A DNA stretch of 64,000 nt from Antedon mediterranea. Lineage: Eukaryota > Animalia > Echinodermata. The notes under the pieces are model-generated. The model did not search any database. It saw only the letters and a list, made by a program, of their open reading frames with translations, and was not told the DNA's origin. The position numbers were made by a program, and so were the translations under genes. The DNA lies in NCBI RefSeq assembly GCF_964355755.1, contig NC_092670.1:27142795-27206794 (forward strand). Reading direction: 5' to 3'. This document shows positions 12,482 to 24,399 of this stretch, piece by piece; within the stretch, counting starts at the first letter, position 1, and each line of letters starts with the position of its first letter.

Positions 12482-12792
12482 AATGCTTCAGTCATAAAAT
12501 ATAGATGCATATATTATGCATTTGTGTTGGTGTGTGCGAGTATACACACATAGTACAAATAATCATGTTAAAAAAACAGTATCGCTTTTTGATGATGAAC
12601 AACTCTAAAATGTATATAGGAATGTTTTTTTTTTATTTTGTATCTATTATGTTGTGTTTATTGTTTTATGTCTTTTATGTAAAAGGGTCCTGCGAAAACA
12701 GAAGTGTAAACTTCTCTATGCAGGATCCTTGCCATCATTTATGCTATGAAACTGTATTTATAAATGAGTAAATAAATGTGAATTGAATTTGA
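10925..12792 (+). mobile_element. 5'-truncated copy of CR1/L2-group (Crack-like) LINE-b inside the 3' tail of LINE-a
   Basis: Near-identical reverse complement of 14224-16205; ATGT at both junctions; TTGAA-type tail. Confidence 0.9.
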
Positions 12793-12810
12793 ATGTGCGC
12801 TATAAAAATC

Positions 12811-12842
<32 letters not shown>

Positions 12843-12860
12843 GTTATTATTATTATTATT

Positions 12861-14223
12861 CAGGCTCACAGATATCAACTATAACTATTGAATTGTATAA
12901 CAAAATTCCGGAATTAAAATCACAAGTTATGGAACGCTGCTCAACCATAGAAGTTATAGCGGCAAATGGCCAGAGTGTCCCGTACTATGGAATTATTAAT
13001 AGCGACATCAATATACTCAATAAAACATACTCCGCTGTTCCCGTGTTTGTAGTCCCGAACAGTAAATACCGCAAAACTATCCCCGTACTGATTGGGACCA
13101 ATTTTCTACGTGCACAGAGCAACGACAAACGCAACATAAAATGCAAAGATGCAGCCTTTGAAGCAGCATTTGCGCAAATGGAGAAAAATATACAACCAGA
13201 AAATGTTGGCAGAGCTGTATACTTTAAATAACACCCTGCTCGCATAAACCCAAATCAACAAATTGATATACAATGTACTGCAGTGTGGTCTAAAGATAAA
13301 ATATCAACTGTGCTTGTTGAGCCATTTGGAAGTACTACAAACTTTCTCGTTGGTCGTTCAGTATCCCACATCCGGCGAAACAATATAGTTACAGTGCGAA
13401 TCTGCAATGTATCTGACAAACCAATCTTTTTGCACCACAACACCACGGTAGCGACTCTATCTCAAATTGCAAGTTTGGACACTTACGATGTTACAGGTGG
13501 TATTAGCCAACCTAATATCACATCACAAACTGTTCTGCCAGATCTTTCAGAATCAGACATTAAAACTGACTCTGAACACATAGCACTAAAATCACTGTTA
13601 GACAAATACTCGGATGTTTTCTCAAAGGACGCAAACGATTTTGGCCATACTAAGGCCGGAATAGCAAAGTCGCGTACTACACCCTACCACCCAATGGGTA
13701 ACGGAACTACGGAGAGATTTAATAGAACACTAATCGACATGCTGGGTACACTCTCACTAGATCGTAAACAGGACTGGAAGGAATATGTTAGCGATATGGC
13801 ACATGCATATAATTGTACTAAACACGATTCCACGGGTTATGCACCATTTTACTTAATGTTCGGCCGACATGCCAATCTGCCAATTGATGTAATGTTTGGA
13901 CTTGATAGCGATAATCATAATAGTGATGACGATGATTATGATGAGTTGGTCTTACAATTTCGCGAGCGATTAAAGCTGGTCTATGACCTAGCAGCCAAAT
14001 CTTCCATGAAAGCCAAAGACAAACAGAAACGCGAGTATGACAAAAAGACAACCCAAGCTCCTTTGGAATTGGGCGACCGCGTCCTTGTGCAAAAGAAACA
14101 TATTATCGGGAAGCAAAAACTCGTAGACAGATGGGAGGAAACCCCATATGTCGTGTTGTTCAAACATCCAAATATTCCAGTGTACAAAGTTGAAAACGCG
14201 GATGGTCGTCAGCGGACATTACA
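12861..14223 (+). pseudogene. pol: Gypsy A pol remnant: protease C-part and linker fused directly to integrase C-half
   Basis: VLIGTNFL (protease), LLDKYSDVFSKDANDFGHT (pre-RT), then at once SRTTPYHPMGNGTTERFNRTL, TGYAPFYLMFGR, GDRVLV. Confidence 0.88.
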
Positions 14224-14646
14224 TTCAATTCAATTCAATTCACATTTATTTACTCATCGTTTATAAATACAGTTTCATAGCATAAATGATGGCAAGGATC
14301 CTGCATAGAGAAGTTTACACTTCTGTTTTCGCAGGACCCTTTTACATAAAAACATAAAACTAAAGACAACATAATAGATACAAAATAAAAAAAAAACATT
14401 TCCTATATACATTTTAGAGTTGTTCATCATCAAAAAGCGATACTGTTTTTCTAACATGATTATTTATACATTTTGTCATAAAAAAGAAGATATTCAGTTT
14501 ATTACTTCCAGTACATGTGGATTCTTTCTATATATATTATAGCAAAAGTATGACTACATATAATATAAAACAGGCTATGTGTGTATACTCGCACACACCA
14601 ACACAAATGCATAATATATGCATCTATATTTTATGAGTGAAGCATT

Positions 14647-17600
14647 TTAAGTTCTGTAATTCGATAAAATGTCTCTTTTTACATATTTTTTTAGTATTTT
14701 ATAATTTTTGTTAACAATATCTAAGTGGTTTCTACAGAGCTCGTTCCATAGTTTCGGTCCGTGAATACTGATAAAATGTTGACCAGACGTTAACCTAGAG
14801 TATGGTTGTTTTACGCTACAAATATTTCGAAGATTATGGGTAGTATTTTCGTTTCTTTTGAATATCATTTGGATTCGTCTGGGTAAAACATTGCTTTTAA
14901 TCTGGGCCATGAAACCTAGGACGGTAACTCTGTTGATATCTTGTATGTTAAGTATATTTAATTGCTTAAACAGTGGCTCAGAATGTTGCCATGGCTTTTT
15001 AAATAAAATTATTCTAGCAGCCTTTTTCTGGAGTTTAAGAAGGGATTCTAGTGTACTATCATATGTACTGCCCCAAATAATGTTTCCATACTGAAGGTGC
15101 GGTAGAATTAATGTATTATACAAATTTGTTAAAATATAATTAGGAAAAAAATGTCTAGTTTTTATCAATATTCCAATAGACCTAGCGGTTTTTTTGCTAA
15201 TAAGCCTTATATGATTTTTCCAGCAAAGGTTCTCATTTATTACAACCCCAAGAAATGTTACATTTTTTTGTTGTTCTAAAGTAATGTTATTCATTTTCAA
15301 TTCAATTTTGGTTGTAATAATACGCCTTTGGGCAGTTTTAAAGATTACGTAATTTGTTTTGCTGGTGTTTAATAAAAGTTTATTAGCTTTGAACCACATA
15401 TTAATTCTATCTAGTTCCACATTCATAGTGTTTGCCAATGCGTTCAGGTTATTTCCACACTTGAATCCTGTTGTATCATCGGCAAAGCTAATTAATTCAA
15501 TTTGTGCACTTGAGTTACATATATCGTTTACATATACAAGAAACAACAAAGGTCCCAAAACGGACCCTTGTGGAACACCAATACTAGTCTCCTTAATATT
15601 AGACGAAGTACCATTTATAAAAACATATTGCTTTCGTGATTTTAAGTAGTTACTGAACCATTTTAGTGTAACACCTCTTATACCATAGTGGAATAGCTTG
15701 TTCAGTAATATACTGTGGTCAATAATATCAAATGCCTTTGACAAATCCATAAATGTGGCAATTACGAACTCTTTGTTTTCAAATGCCTTTAGTATTTTGT
15801 GGATCAGATCAATTATAGCGTGGGAGGTTGAATGATTGTTTCGGAAGCCGTATTGCCAATCATTTAGTATATTGTAAGTTTTAAAGTAATTATACAATCT
15901 GGAATGGACTATCTTTTCAAAGATTTTAGAGAAAATTGGTAGTAGTTATATCGGGCGATAATTCGAGGCTAAATGACGGTCCCCTTTTTTGTATATGGGA
16001 ATTACTTTTGCAATTTTTATTTGTTCCGGTATTGAGCCGGAGTGAAGAGATACGTTAAATATATAAGTCAAGGGCTTTACAATAGCATCACCAACTGCCT
16101 TGACTACCTTTGGTGAAATATCATCAAAACCAGGTGTTTTGTTTGCATCAAGTGATTGAATCACTTTTAACACTTCCTCCTCATTTACATGGTAGAAAAA
16201 CATAGAGTTACTTTGCCTGTTTAGCAGGTAATCAGAGTATTGTGCCGTTGATGGCTCAATACTGTCTCGTACCTTGAGATCAACATTAATAAAATAATCG
16301 TTAATGTGGTTTGCAATAGGCTCACAACCCTCTATGAGTTTGTCACCAGATGTAAAAGTGGATGGAACATTATTTTTGCCTCCACCTGGATTTATAATAT
16401 CATTTATAATATTCCATGTTTTTTTTTTATTTCCTTTAGTATTGTTAAAAACATTTTCATAATATGATTTCTTTGCCTTTTTGCATGTACGCATAAATGA
16501 CTTATTAAACTCTTTATAAATATCCTTATTTTTAGACGAGGGATGTTTTGTAAATTTGTTGTACAACACATGTTTTCTTTTGCTAGACTTTAAGAGTCTT
16601 GAGCTCATCCATGGTTGTTTGAACTTTTTATACTTTTTGTGATTTTCTTGAACTTTTTCTTTTTTTTAAAGTTTTTATTATATAATTTTTTGAAAGTGTT
16701 GATAAAAGCATTGTAAGCATCATCAGGGTTTGTCCTTACATATACATCAGCCCAATCAACAGGTAATAAGTCATTATATAGTTTATTTATATTTCTTTCG
16801 TTTATTGCATATTTATGAGGTTCTATATTACCGGTTTTTACTTTAATATGTTTGTCGGGCACGGAGTGGATAATTTGGTATACCGGTAAATGATCAGATA
16901 TGTCTGAGATTAGTATACCAGATAACATTTGTTCAGAGAGTGTATTGGAGAAAATGTTATCAATTAATGAAGATGTGTTGTTTTGTATTCTAGTGGGTCT
17001 TGAAATCGATGGGTAGAAGGAATGCGACATCATTACTTCTAGAAAATTATTTACAAAATCAGTCGATGCATGCTTAAGTAAATTAATGTTAAAATCACCC
17101 ATAATGTGGCATGATTTTCCCTCGATATCAATAGTGTTAAGAATATCGTCTAGTGATCTATTGAAAAGTTCTATATTCGAATCGGGAGGTCTATATATTA
17201 TACCAACAATCGTATTGTTACATTTTTTTTCAATTATTTCAATAAAAATACATTCACAAGATTCAATAAATAGATCTTTTCTTTCTTTTATGTCAATTGT
17301 AGCAGAAACAAACATACCAACTCCCCCTCCTTTACGGTTCTTCCTATCTAATGCGAGGAAGTCATAGCTCGGTAAATATGGTTTGCACGATGTATTGTTT
17401 AACCATGTTTCCGATATACCAATAACTGTAAAGGGGTGGTTGATTAAGTTTAGGTATGTAGTTAGTTCATCAATGTGTTTATTGATACTTCGAATATTAT
17501 AGTGAAGAAATGAGTAGCCAATATTTTTTAATTTCTTCACAGATTCATTCAAGTCATATGGACTCATATAAGAACATGTCTCAATAGCATTTAACTTGTT

Positions 17601-17726
17601 TCTGAGACTATATTCAATGAATTCGTCATGGTCATTATTACCATTATCAATAGATATTGGATTAAATAGTATATCCATTGGATTTGATATTTCGTTTTCA
17701 TCACCGTTAGTTTTATTGTTATCCAT
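14647..17726 (-). pseudogene. ORF2 of LINE-b: APE endonuclease plus RT, broken by one frameshift (~16660, A-run) and one stop (15946-15948)
   Basis: NIRS, ISETWL, GGGV, YRPP, GDFN, IDNIF, SDH (APE); RT motifs; TCA in the + copy is TAA here. Confidence 0.92.
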
Positions 17727-17855
17727 GCTTTGATTTTGTATGTTTATTGATTGTATTTGTCTATAAAAAACTATTTTAATTAATATAATTTATAATACTA
17801 TGCTTATGTCTACTGCTTAATTTCAGTTACAATAACTTTCTGAATTTGTGTTACC

Positions 17856-19415
17856 TTACAATTGTTGAAATTTGTGGTAACGTGGTCTACCTCTTCCTGT
17901 GTTAGCTTTTCTGCGAGATAAACCTAGAACGTTTTCAACTTTGTATCTGACATTACTGGTCAATAGGCTGGTGCCTCCATCTGATAGATGGTATCCATCA
18001 GGTGCTAGAAGTGTGTCGACCAGCTCGCCGTTTCGTAAGAAGTTGCTATTGTCGCAAAATGTTAGGTTTGGTATTTTGTCTGTGCGTATCTTGTGCTTTA
18101 TACATGAGTTTGCTATTTCAACTCTGAAATTTAGTGGGCCTGCTCGTGGTAAGCCAAGTGATATCAAGCATTTAGTGTCTGGATGTTTTGTGGCATACTC
18201 ACTGACTGTGTTGTATAGCGTTTCTGCGCACTTTTCTGGAGCTGATTCCTTTACAGAGTTAGTTATTTCGTGGATTACTATACAGTCAAGTGTTTCGTGG
18301 ATTTCATCGAGTGCATTTCCAATTTGGTCATTAGTGTATGCGTGTGTAATGCTTACATCTGCTTTTGGTAAAATATGACTTGCTTCGACTTTTTTAAAGT
18401 GCGAATTTCCTAATAGTAATACAGATGGTTTCTTGCTTTCGTAGGCTCGATGTGCGTCATTATTTTTCATTAGACTTTCTGCATACGACAATTTCTGACT
18501 GTCTTTTTTTGAGTTAACAGTTTGGAAGTCTGATGCGTCGATGGCTACCTGGGTTCGTTTTGCTTCGTACGCGTACTCCCTTGCTTGTTCTGTTTCGTGT
18601 ATTGCTGTCTGTAGTTTGTCCTGGAGATTTGTTATTTGTTTATCTTTCTGCAAGATCATATCGTTGTTTCGCTTGACATCTATGAAAGCATTAGCTGTTA
18701 GTTTGTTTTCTCTTTCTGTTTTATTGATTTTTTCTTTCATTTTTTCCATTTCTACCCTTATTTCTTGTAGGCCGGTAGTGTTGGGTTGTCTGTTGTTTTC
18801 TGTGTACTTTAGCTCCTGTCTTAGGAGTTTTATTTCAGCCTTTAGTTTGGTGTTTTCAATGAGGATGTTGTTACTTTCTTTTAGCTCATGTCGCAGACAT
18901 TCTATTTCTTTTTTCATTGACTCACTGTTTATGAGAAGTTGTTTTTTTTCCTGGGTCTTTGTCACTTCATTGGTTGAATCAGGTTTCTTTTTGGTCAGCC
19001 TTTCATCAATATATCTTAAACGTTGGTCAAATACTAAGATAGTCTCTGTTAGAGTTGATAGTATGCTAGGAATACGTTTGCACACTAAGCATATCCATGG
19101 GCCTTTTTTTCCTTTTGCGTCTGCACATGTCCTGTGGTACTGCTTTGAACAAAGAGTACATGCTATTGTGTTTTCGTTTTTTCCTGTTGAATCACACCCT
19201 GCTATACATTCTATTGTGCCTCTTTCTTCTACAAGATATTGTTCAAGTTTATTTTTAACTGGATTTTGTGTGGTAGAGACCGGTGACAGTATCGGAGGCG
19301 ATTTCGTTGAGTTATTGTAAACAGGATCTGGAGAAACCGGTGATAATACCGGGGGAGATTTCATTGATTGAAATAATTCAATCAAGTCAGCGCTATCATT
19401 TGGTGACAATGCCAT
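17856..19415 (-). CDS. ORF1 of LINE-b: PHD finger, coiled coil, SGNH/GDSL esterase-like domain
   Basis: 519 aa; CTLCSKQYHRTC...WICLVC; E/K-rich heptad region; VLLLGNSH ... DGYHL. Confidence 0.85.
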   Translation of the reverse strand: MALSPNDSADLIELFQSMKSPPVLSPVSPDPVYNNSTKSPPILSPVSTTQNPVKNKLEQYLVEERGTIECIAGCDSTGKNENTIACTLCSKQYHRTCADAKGKKGPWICLVCKRIPSILSTLTETILVFDQRLRYIDERLTKKKPDSTNEVTKTQEKKQLLINSESMKKEIECLRHELKESNNILIENTKLKAEIKLLRQELKYTENNRQPNTTGLQEIRVEMEKMKEKINKTERENKLTANAFIDVKRNNDMILQKDKQITNLQDKLQTAIHETEQAREYAYEAKRTQVAIDASDFQTVNSKKDSQKLSYAESLMKNNDAHRAYESKKPSVLLLGNSHFKKVEASHILPKADVSITHAYTNDQIGNALDEIHETLDCIVIHEITNSVKESAPEKCAETLYNTVSEYATKHPDTKCLISLGLPRAGPLNFRVEIANSCIKHKIRTDKIPNLTFCDNSNFLRNGELVDTLLAPDGYHLSDGGTSLLTSNVRYKVENVLGLSRRKANTGRGRPRYHKFQQL

Positions 19416-19948
19416 TGTTTGTGCTTGCTTAGGTGTGACGACCGCGTTTGGATTTGAACCTTGACGATCAAGATTATGTTGTTCAAATTAAGTAAAGCTT
19501 TAGAAAAAAACTCAGTTACAGCACTTTTTTATATATAAAATAGTATTTTAGACGGTCGTATAACAATCAGCACTAGTTGAGTTGTAGTTTGCTTTGTAGA
19601 CGATATAATAAATCGCGAAGTTTAAGCCTATGCAATACGTAGTCCACCGTACAATAGGCCTACTTGGCTCGTCTTGGTTGGCGTCCGTAGTTACCGGTGG
19701 GTGGCAACCAATGTACTTGTGGCGCGAAGGCCTAGCTGATCAAGATTTTGAGAAGAATGGTTTTGACTTACAAATTATAGATTTTTGTCGTTTTCTTCAA
19801 TCAATAACGATTTTTTGTTAGTTTATGAGCTGTTTCACGTCAAATATATCCAAAAAAGCCGGAAATTAGTCCCTTTTAGAGTCGGTTTGGTGTAGAGAAA
19901 AAAAATCGGATCTTTGCTGTGTGACATGACGCCACCAACTAATTGGAG

Positions 19949-20130
19949 ATGGAAATCTACTGACTCCATGTATGTTTTTGCCATTGGATTTATCAACTCC
20001 GACCCCAGACCAAAGCGCTCCACCTTCACGACCAAATGCCGATGCCAGCACCAACAACATAGTACCATCTCATTGCCTTTCGCTAAACCCATACGCATCT
20101 CCGTTTTTATTGTTGTCGCCGCCAAATAAA
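19949..20130 (+). pseudogene. C-terminal tail of Gypsy A integrase
   Basis: In-frame continuation GNLLTPCMFLPLDLSTP after the LINE junction. Confidence 0.6.
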
Positions 20131-20942
20131 CGATTTGTAAATAATATAGATACATTGGATAATAGACTCATACCTCAATCCTCTCAAACACTGACTATTA
20201 TGTTTGAATATGACTTGGATTAAAGTGAACACTGGAACACTTTTTACAATTTTTTTCACTGAATTTTTTGACACATTCATATGACTATTTGATGACATGT
20301 AATTGTTTGAACTTATATTATATATTATGTATTTTCATGAACTACTTGATAACGTCGGGGGCGACGTTTAAGATGGGAGGGGTGAGTGAGATGTCATCCC
20401 TTCCAGTCGCCTATTGAACTTAATTGATATACTTTACGTATTTAATTAAATTAACTTAAAAAATGTATAAACAAAGCATAATGAAGGTAGTATTACCGTA
20501 TACTGTTGTTAAGTGGTTACCCATAGTGATGGTATTGTAGTAGTAATTTAAATCATTCCTTATGTTTATTCATCGTTTCATACCGAGTAAGTATTTACTA
20601 GGTCAACTTGAGTCTGAACAGCAAGTACTGCGCTGTACAATTTCATTTTAGAATGGAATGTATCTTATATTTTATAGTATTCATGATGCAATGATACAGT
20701 TAATAATAGACAGTTTGCCATGGTTGGTAATATGTGACTGTTTCAGGTGGTAATGAACCGCACTACTAATAAGTTTGTTTTATATTATCATAGATAAGTT
20801 TTGTTGATTTTGATGTTTCCTCATTTTATGCCTTTTTAATAGTTTGTTGAGTTTGTAGTTTTAGTATAATTCCTAAGTAAGACTAGATTATTCGGCAAGT
20901 CTCCCTCGGTTTTGAAGCAGGCGAACGTCGTGGACGACGTTC

Positions 20943-20959
20943 AAGAAAGGAGGGGTGGA
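20943..20959 (+). promoter_or_regulatory. Polypurine tract of Gypsy A
   Basis: AAGAAAGGAGGGGTGGA abutting the 3' LTR TG. Confidence 0.9.
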
Positions 20960-21360
20960 TGTAGCGATACTCTAAAAGCAGTATTATTATTTTATTGTAT
21001 TTAAGTTCATATTTACTTAGTAGCTTGTATATCCTCAATGATCATGCCTTAGTTTGATTTTACACATTCCAATCTCTGAATTAATTAAGACTGTACCTCC
21101 TTTATCTAGGTTTCCATAACAACTGGTCCATTTTGTGGGTTTTGTGGTGGGGAATAAGAAAGTTTTATAGCCTGTCTTTTCTAGAAATACTGTGAAATTG
21201 GATAGATGAGTCAGATCTGTGTAGTTAGTATTGAGTTTTAAAAGTAAGCAGTTGTGTTATAATTAATAAAAGCATTTTGTATTGGAATTCTGTGTTTTAT
21301 CGATTTTGTAGCTGAAATTGAGAACCTGGGTTTAAGTTATTATTGTCATTATTATTTTGT
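20960..21360 (+). repeat. 3' LTR of Gypsy A, last ~11 nt missing
   Basis: Matches the 5' LTR except one seen substitution (GATCAG/GATGAG) and an extra ATT; lacks terminal GAAGGGCTACA. Confidence 0.93.
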
Positions 21361-22082
21361 CATATGGGAATTTAAATATGCTAATTAGAATGTTTAATAT
21401 CACATTTATATCTACTCGTAATGCACTTAGCTAAGTCTAAATCCGACCGTTAAGGAGATATGGGGCTTCAAAATAGCAAATGTCAGCCATTTTGAATTTA
21501 TGCTAATTAATAATATGAATATGATATGATGTTCATTTGAACCATATTTACCAGACAAAACAAAAACAAATATGTTGCAATTTGTTCTAGGTTCACGCTA
21601 TTTTTGACTTATCTTTTACTGGACTAAATGGTAAAATGCTTATCCCTGCTAGTTGGGGAGCCAGAAAGGGTTTACCTGCACCCTCTAGAAAACTATTTTA
21701 ACAATGTTTTTTTGCTTCCTTATATCAATACAAATCAATGTTTTGCTGTTGGCCGAAAAAAAAAATTGGGAAGCTTGGTCACTACATGGGCAAAAAGGTC
21801 AATATGGTCAAAGTTAAGATTTGGCGTAACTTGGTAACTACTCGGTGTGTTGGAATATTGTTTGTATCAAACTACTCAGAAGACCCATATTTCTATTCAT
21901 TCTAATGAGCAACTTTTGCCAAAAGTGGACGGAAACCCCTTTTCTGATCACTGGTCAAGAAATTGGCCATATGAATATCTCAGCAACCACTGGTCAGAAA
22001 ATGATAATTGATTACATTACTCGCAAAGTATATGTATATTGTTCTAATGTAATAAAAATCATAAAACTGTCAATAAACAGTG

Positions 22083-22113
22083 TTTCATTTCATTTCATTT
22101 CATTTCATTTTAT
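22083..22113 (-). repeat. (TTTCA)n microsatellite, probable 3' tail of a degraded minus-strand retroelement
   Basis: Reverse strand reads AATAAAA(TGAAA)5. Confidence 0.5.
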
Positions 22114-23469
22114 TGCATATCAAAATCGCAGCCAATGGCTGAATTACATGATACTTACAAATATAAAAACATTTAAAACAGGCATAAAACAGTATATAAA
22201 GTTCACATAGAAATCAAAGAACAAATAAAAGTGGAATCAAACATATTGCACAAGAAAAATACATAAAAATACAAATTTAGCTAAGATTTATCTACAAATT
22301 AAAAAATTTAATTAAATAAGGGAAATATGGAAATTGATTATTTATTTAGAAGATTATGAAATTTGATAAAATTTGAAAATGTGAAAATTATGTAGTTATT
22401 AAGTTATATACAGTAGTATTATATTTATTTGTACATATTCACATATTATGTTTAATTTATTTATACGTCTTCAAAAATGTCTTTAGTTTTACTGAGTTAA
22501 AATCTATCTCTCATTAAGGAGGCGTGTAAGATAAAGCTTAGGGCTATTATAAACAGGTTGAACAACTCTTACAAAAATTCAACAAATGTCTCAACATAAC
22601 GAATAAAACACAACTCTGTGCACAAAAGCTGAGTTGAAACAAACATACAGATCCAAAAACTTTGACTCAGAAAAAGTTATAAAAAAAGGTAGCTTATAAC
22701 TTAGTAGAGAGACCAAAGTAAACAAACAGCTGCCACACAGGCGCCCTCAAAATATGAGGGCGCAAATGAGGGTGTAAAGTTAGTTACCTCTGTAAGTTCT
22801 CTCTTAGTCGTCATAACAATGTAGTAATAACACGAGACGGGTTAATAGACAAGTTCTATTTCCTCTGAAATATGGTGCAAGAAGCATTTTTGGGTAGAAG
22901 CTGGGATCCACTTGATTTAGGATATTTCGACCTCGCTGATTACGAATATTGCGGATCCCAAGCGAAATTCGGCCATCTAAGCCCTTAATTTGCATAATTA
23001 AAAATGGCGGCCATTTTTTATAATTACCTTATATCTCGAGAACCACTAGTCACAGATAATTTATTTTGGTGTCAAAATGTTTTAAATATATGTTTTTATA
23101 TTCACTTTAATGACACATTTTCTCAAAAAATGGATGCAAATCTTATTTATGACATTTTGACCTTTGACCTTGATTTATCGTATCTCAGTAACCAATAATC
23201 GGAGAGACACGAAATAGGGCTCAAATTGTTCAGAAACTATACATTCATATTTATTATAATGAAATGTTTTTACAAAAAAATGGCCGATTCTACAACTATT
23301 GACCTTTGAACTATTAGTCAAATATAATAATATAACTCTGAAAATGTTGGTCTTATGACATATGGTTATTGACCTTTGAACTACAGCATAGACCTACTGT
23401 ATAATAAATATAATATAATTGCATAACTATGAAATTATTTATACACAATAATAATTTAGTAAAATTATA

Positions 23470-24015
23470 AAATTCACTGCCATCAAATATGATGTATTAT
23501 GATTTATGTAGATTTAAAAAAAAATGAACATGCAAGTTACATTTGGAAATTACCTGCTATCAATATGATGGAGTATGATTATAGATTTTTAAAGATGTGA
23601 ACATGTCAGCAACATTTGGAAATTACCTGCCATCAATATGATGGATTATGATTATAGATTTAAAAAAGAATTTGAACACGTCAGCTACATTTGGAAATTT
23701 GGAAATTACCTGCTATCAATATGATGGATTATGATTGTATAGGTTTGAAAGAAAATGTGAACACGTAAGCTACATTTGAAAATTACCTGCCATCAATATG
23801 ATGGATTATGATTATAGATTTTTAAAGATGTGAACACGTAAGCTACATTTGAAAATTACCTGCCATCAATATGATGGATTATGATTATAGATTTAAAAAA
23901 CAATTTGAACACGTCAGCTACATTTGGAAATTTGGAAATTACCTGCCATCAATATGATGGATTATGATTGTATAGGTTTGAAAGAAAATGTGAACACGTA
24001 AGCTACATTTGGAAT
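23470..24015. repeat. ~73-85 bp tandem repeat in the Academ left arm (mirrored at ~25500-26050)
   Basis: Unit AAATTACCTGCCATCAATATGATGGATTATGATT..., ~7 copies per arm. Confidence 0.85.
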
Positions 24016-24399
24016 GAACATGTTAAGGGCATCAGTTTTGATCATTCATGCAAAGGTTTCCGTCATCTTTAGCCTTTGCTACAGCAGCATAAAGCTGTAT
24101 ATGGTAGTTTTGACTTCTTGCACCTACATCTATATGGTTATGCATCGTGTCTTGCATCCACAATAAATCATCTCTAACGAAGTAGGAATAGCTTCATTTT
24201 TCAGAAGCACTGGTTGAAGTTTACCATTAGATAGCTCCCAACCAAAATATGTTGGTAATGGCAAATGCTGGATTGACGATACAGCTTTTTTCCATACGAG
24301 TGATTGGAAGTGTGCTCTTTTTATATGCTGGTGCACTGCATAGCTTGTTGGAGGTATGCCTCTGGTTTTGTTTTTTTTTAAAACATGGCATGCCTAACT

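Larger units (their letters stand above)
9232..12860 (+). mobile_element. 5'-truncated L2-like LINE (LINE-a) inserted in the protease active site; (ATT)n tail
   Basis: Removal restores ALID-SGSQISTIT; RT motifs; L2-type 3' end GCGCCTTGAGCAC...GCGCTATAAAAAT(TTA)n, split by a second LINE. Confidence 0.85.
14224..19948 (-). mobile_element. Full-length CR1/L2-group (Crack-like) LINE-b, ~5.7 kb, inserted in Gypsy A integrase
   Basis: 5'UTR, ORF1, ORF2, 3'UTR and (TTGAA)n tail; removal restores QRTLH-GNLLTPCMFLP. Confidence 0.92.
7660..21360 (+). mobile_element. Gypsy LTR retrotransposon A, internally deleted (no RT/RNase H), with nested LINEs
   Basis: Two LTRs 13300 bp apart, PBS, PPT, gag with CCHC, split protease, partial integrase. 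Confidence 0.93.

Noticed and set aside
10925-16205. Twin-priming inversion of a single LINE insertion
   Set aside because: Both copies have their own 3' tails, overlap in sequence and are separated by colinear Gypsy pol.
18541-19320. 259-aa hydrophobic ORF, and other ORFs opposite TE genes (8654-9013, 17899-18378, 32569-33144, 33771-34196)
   Set aside because: Antisense shadows of ORF1, gag and pol.
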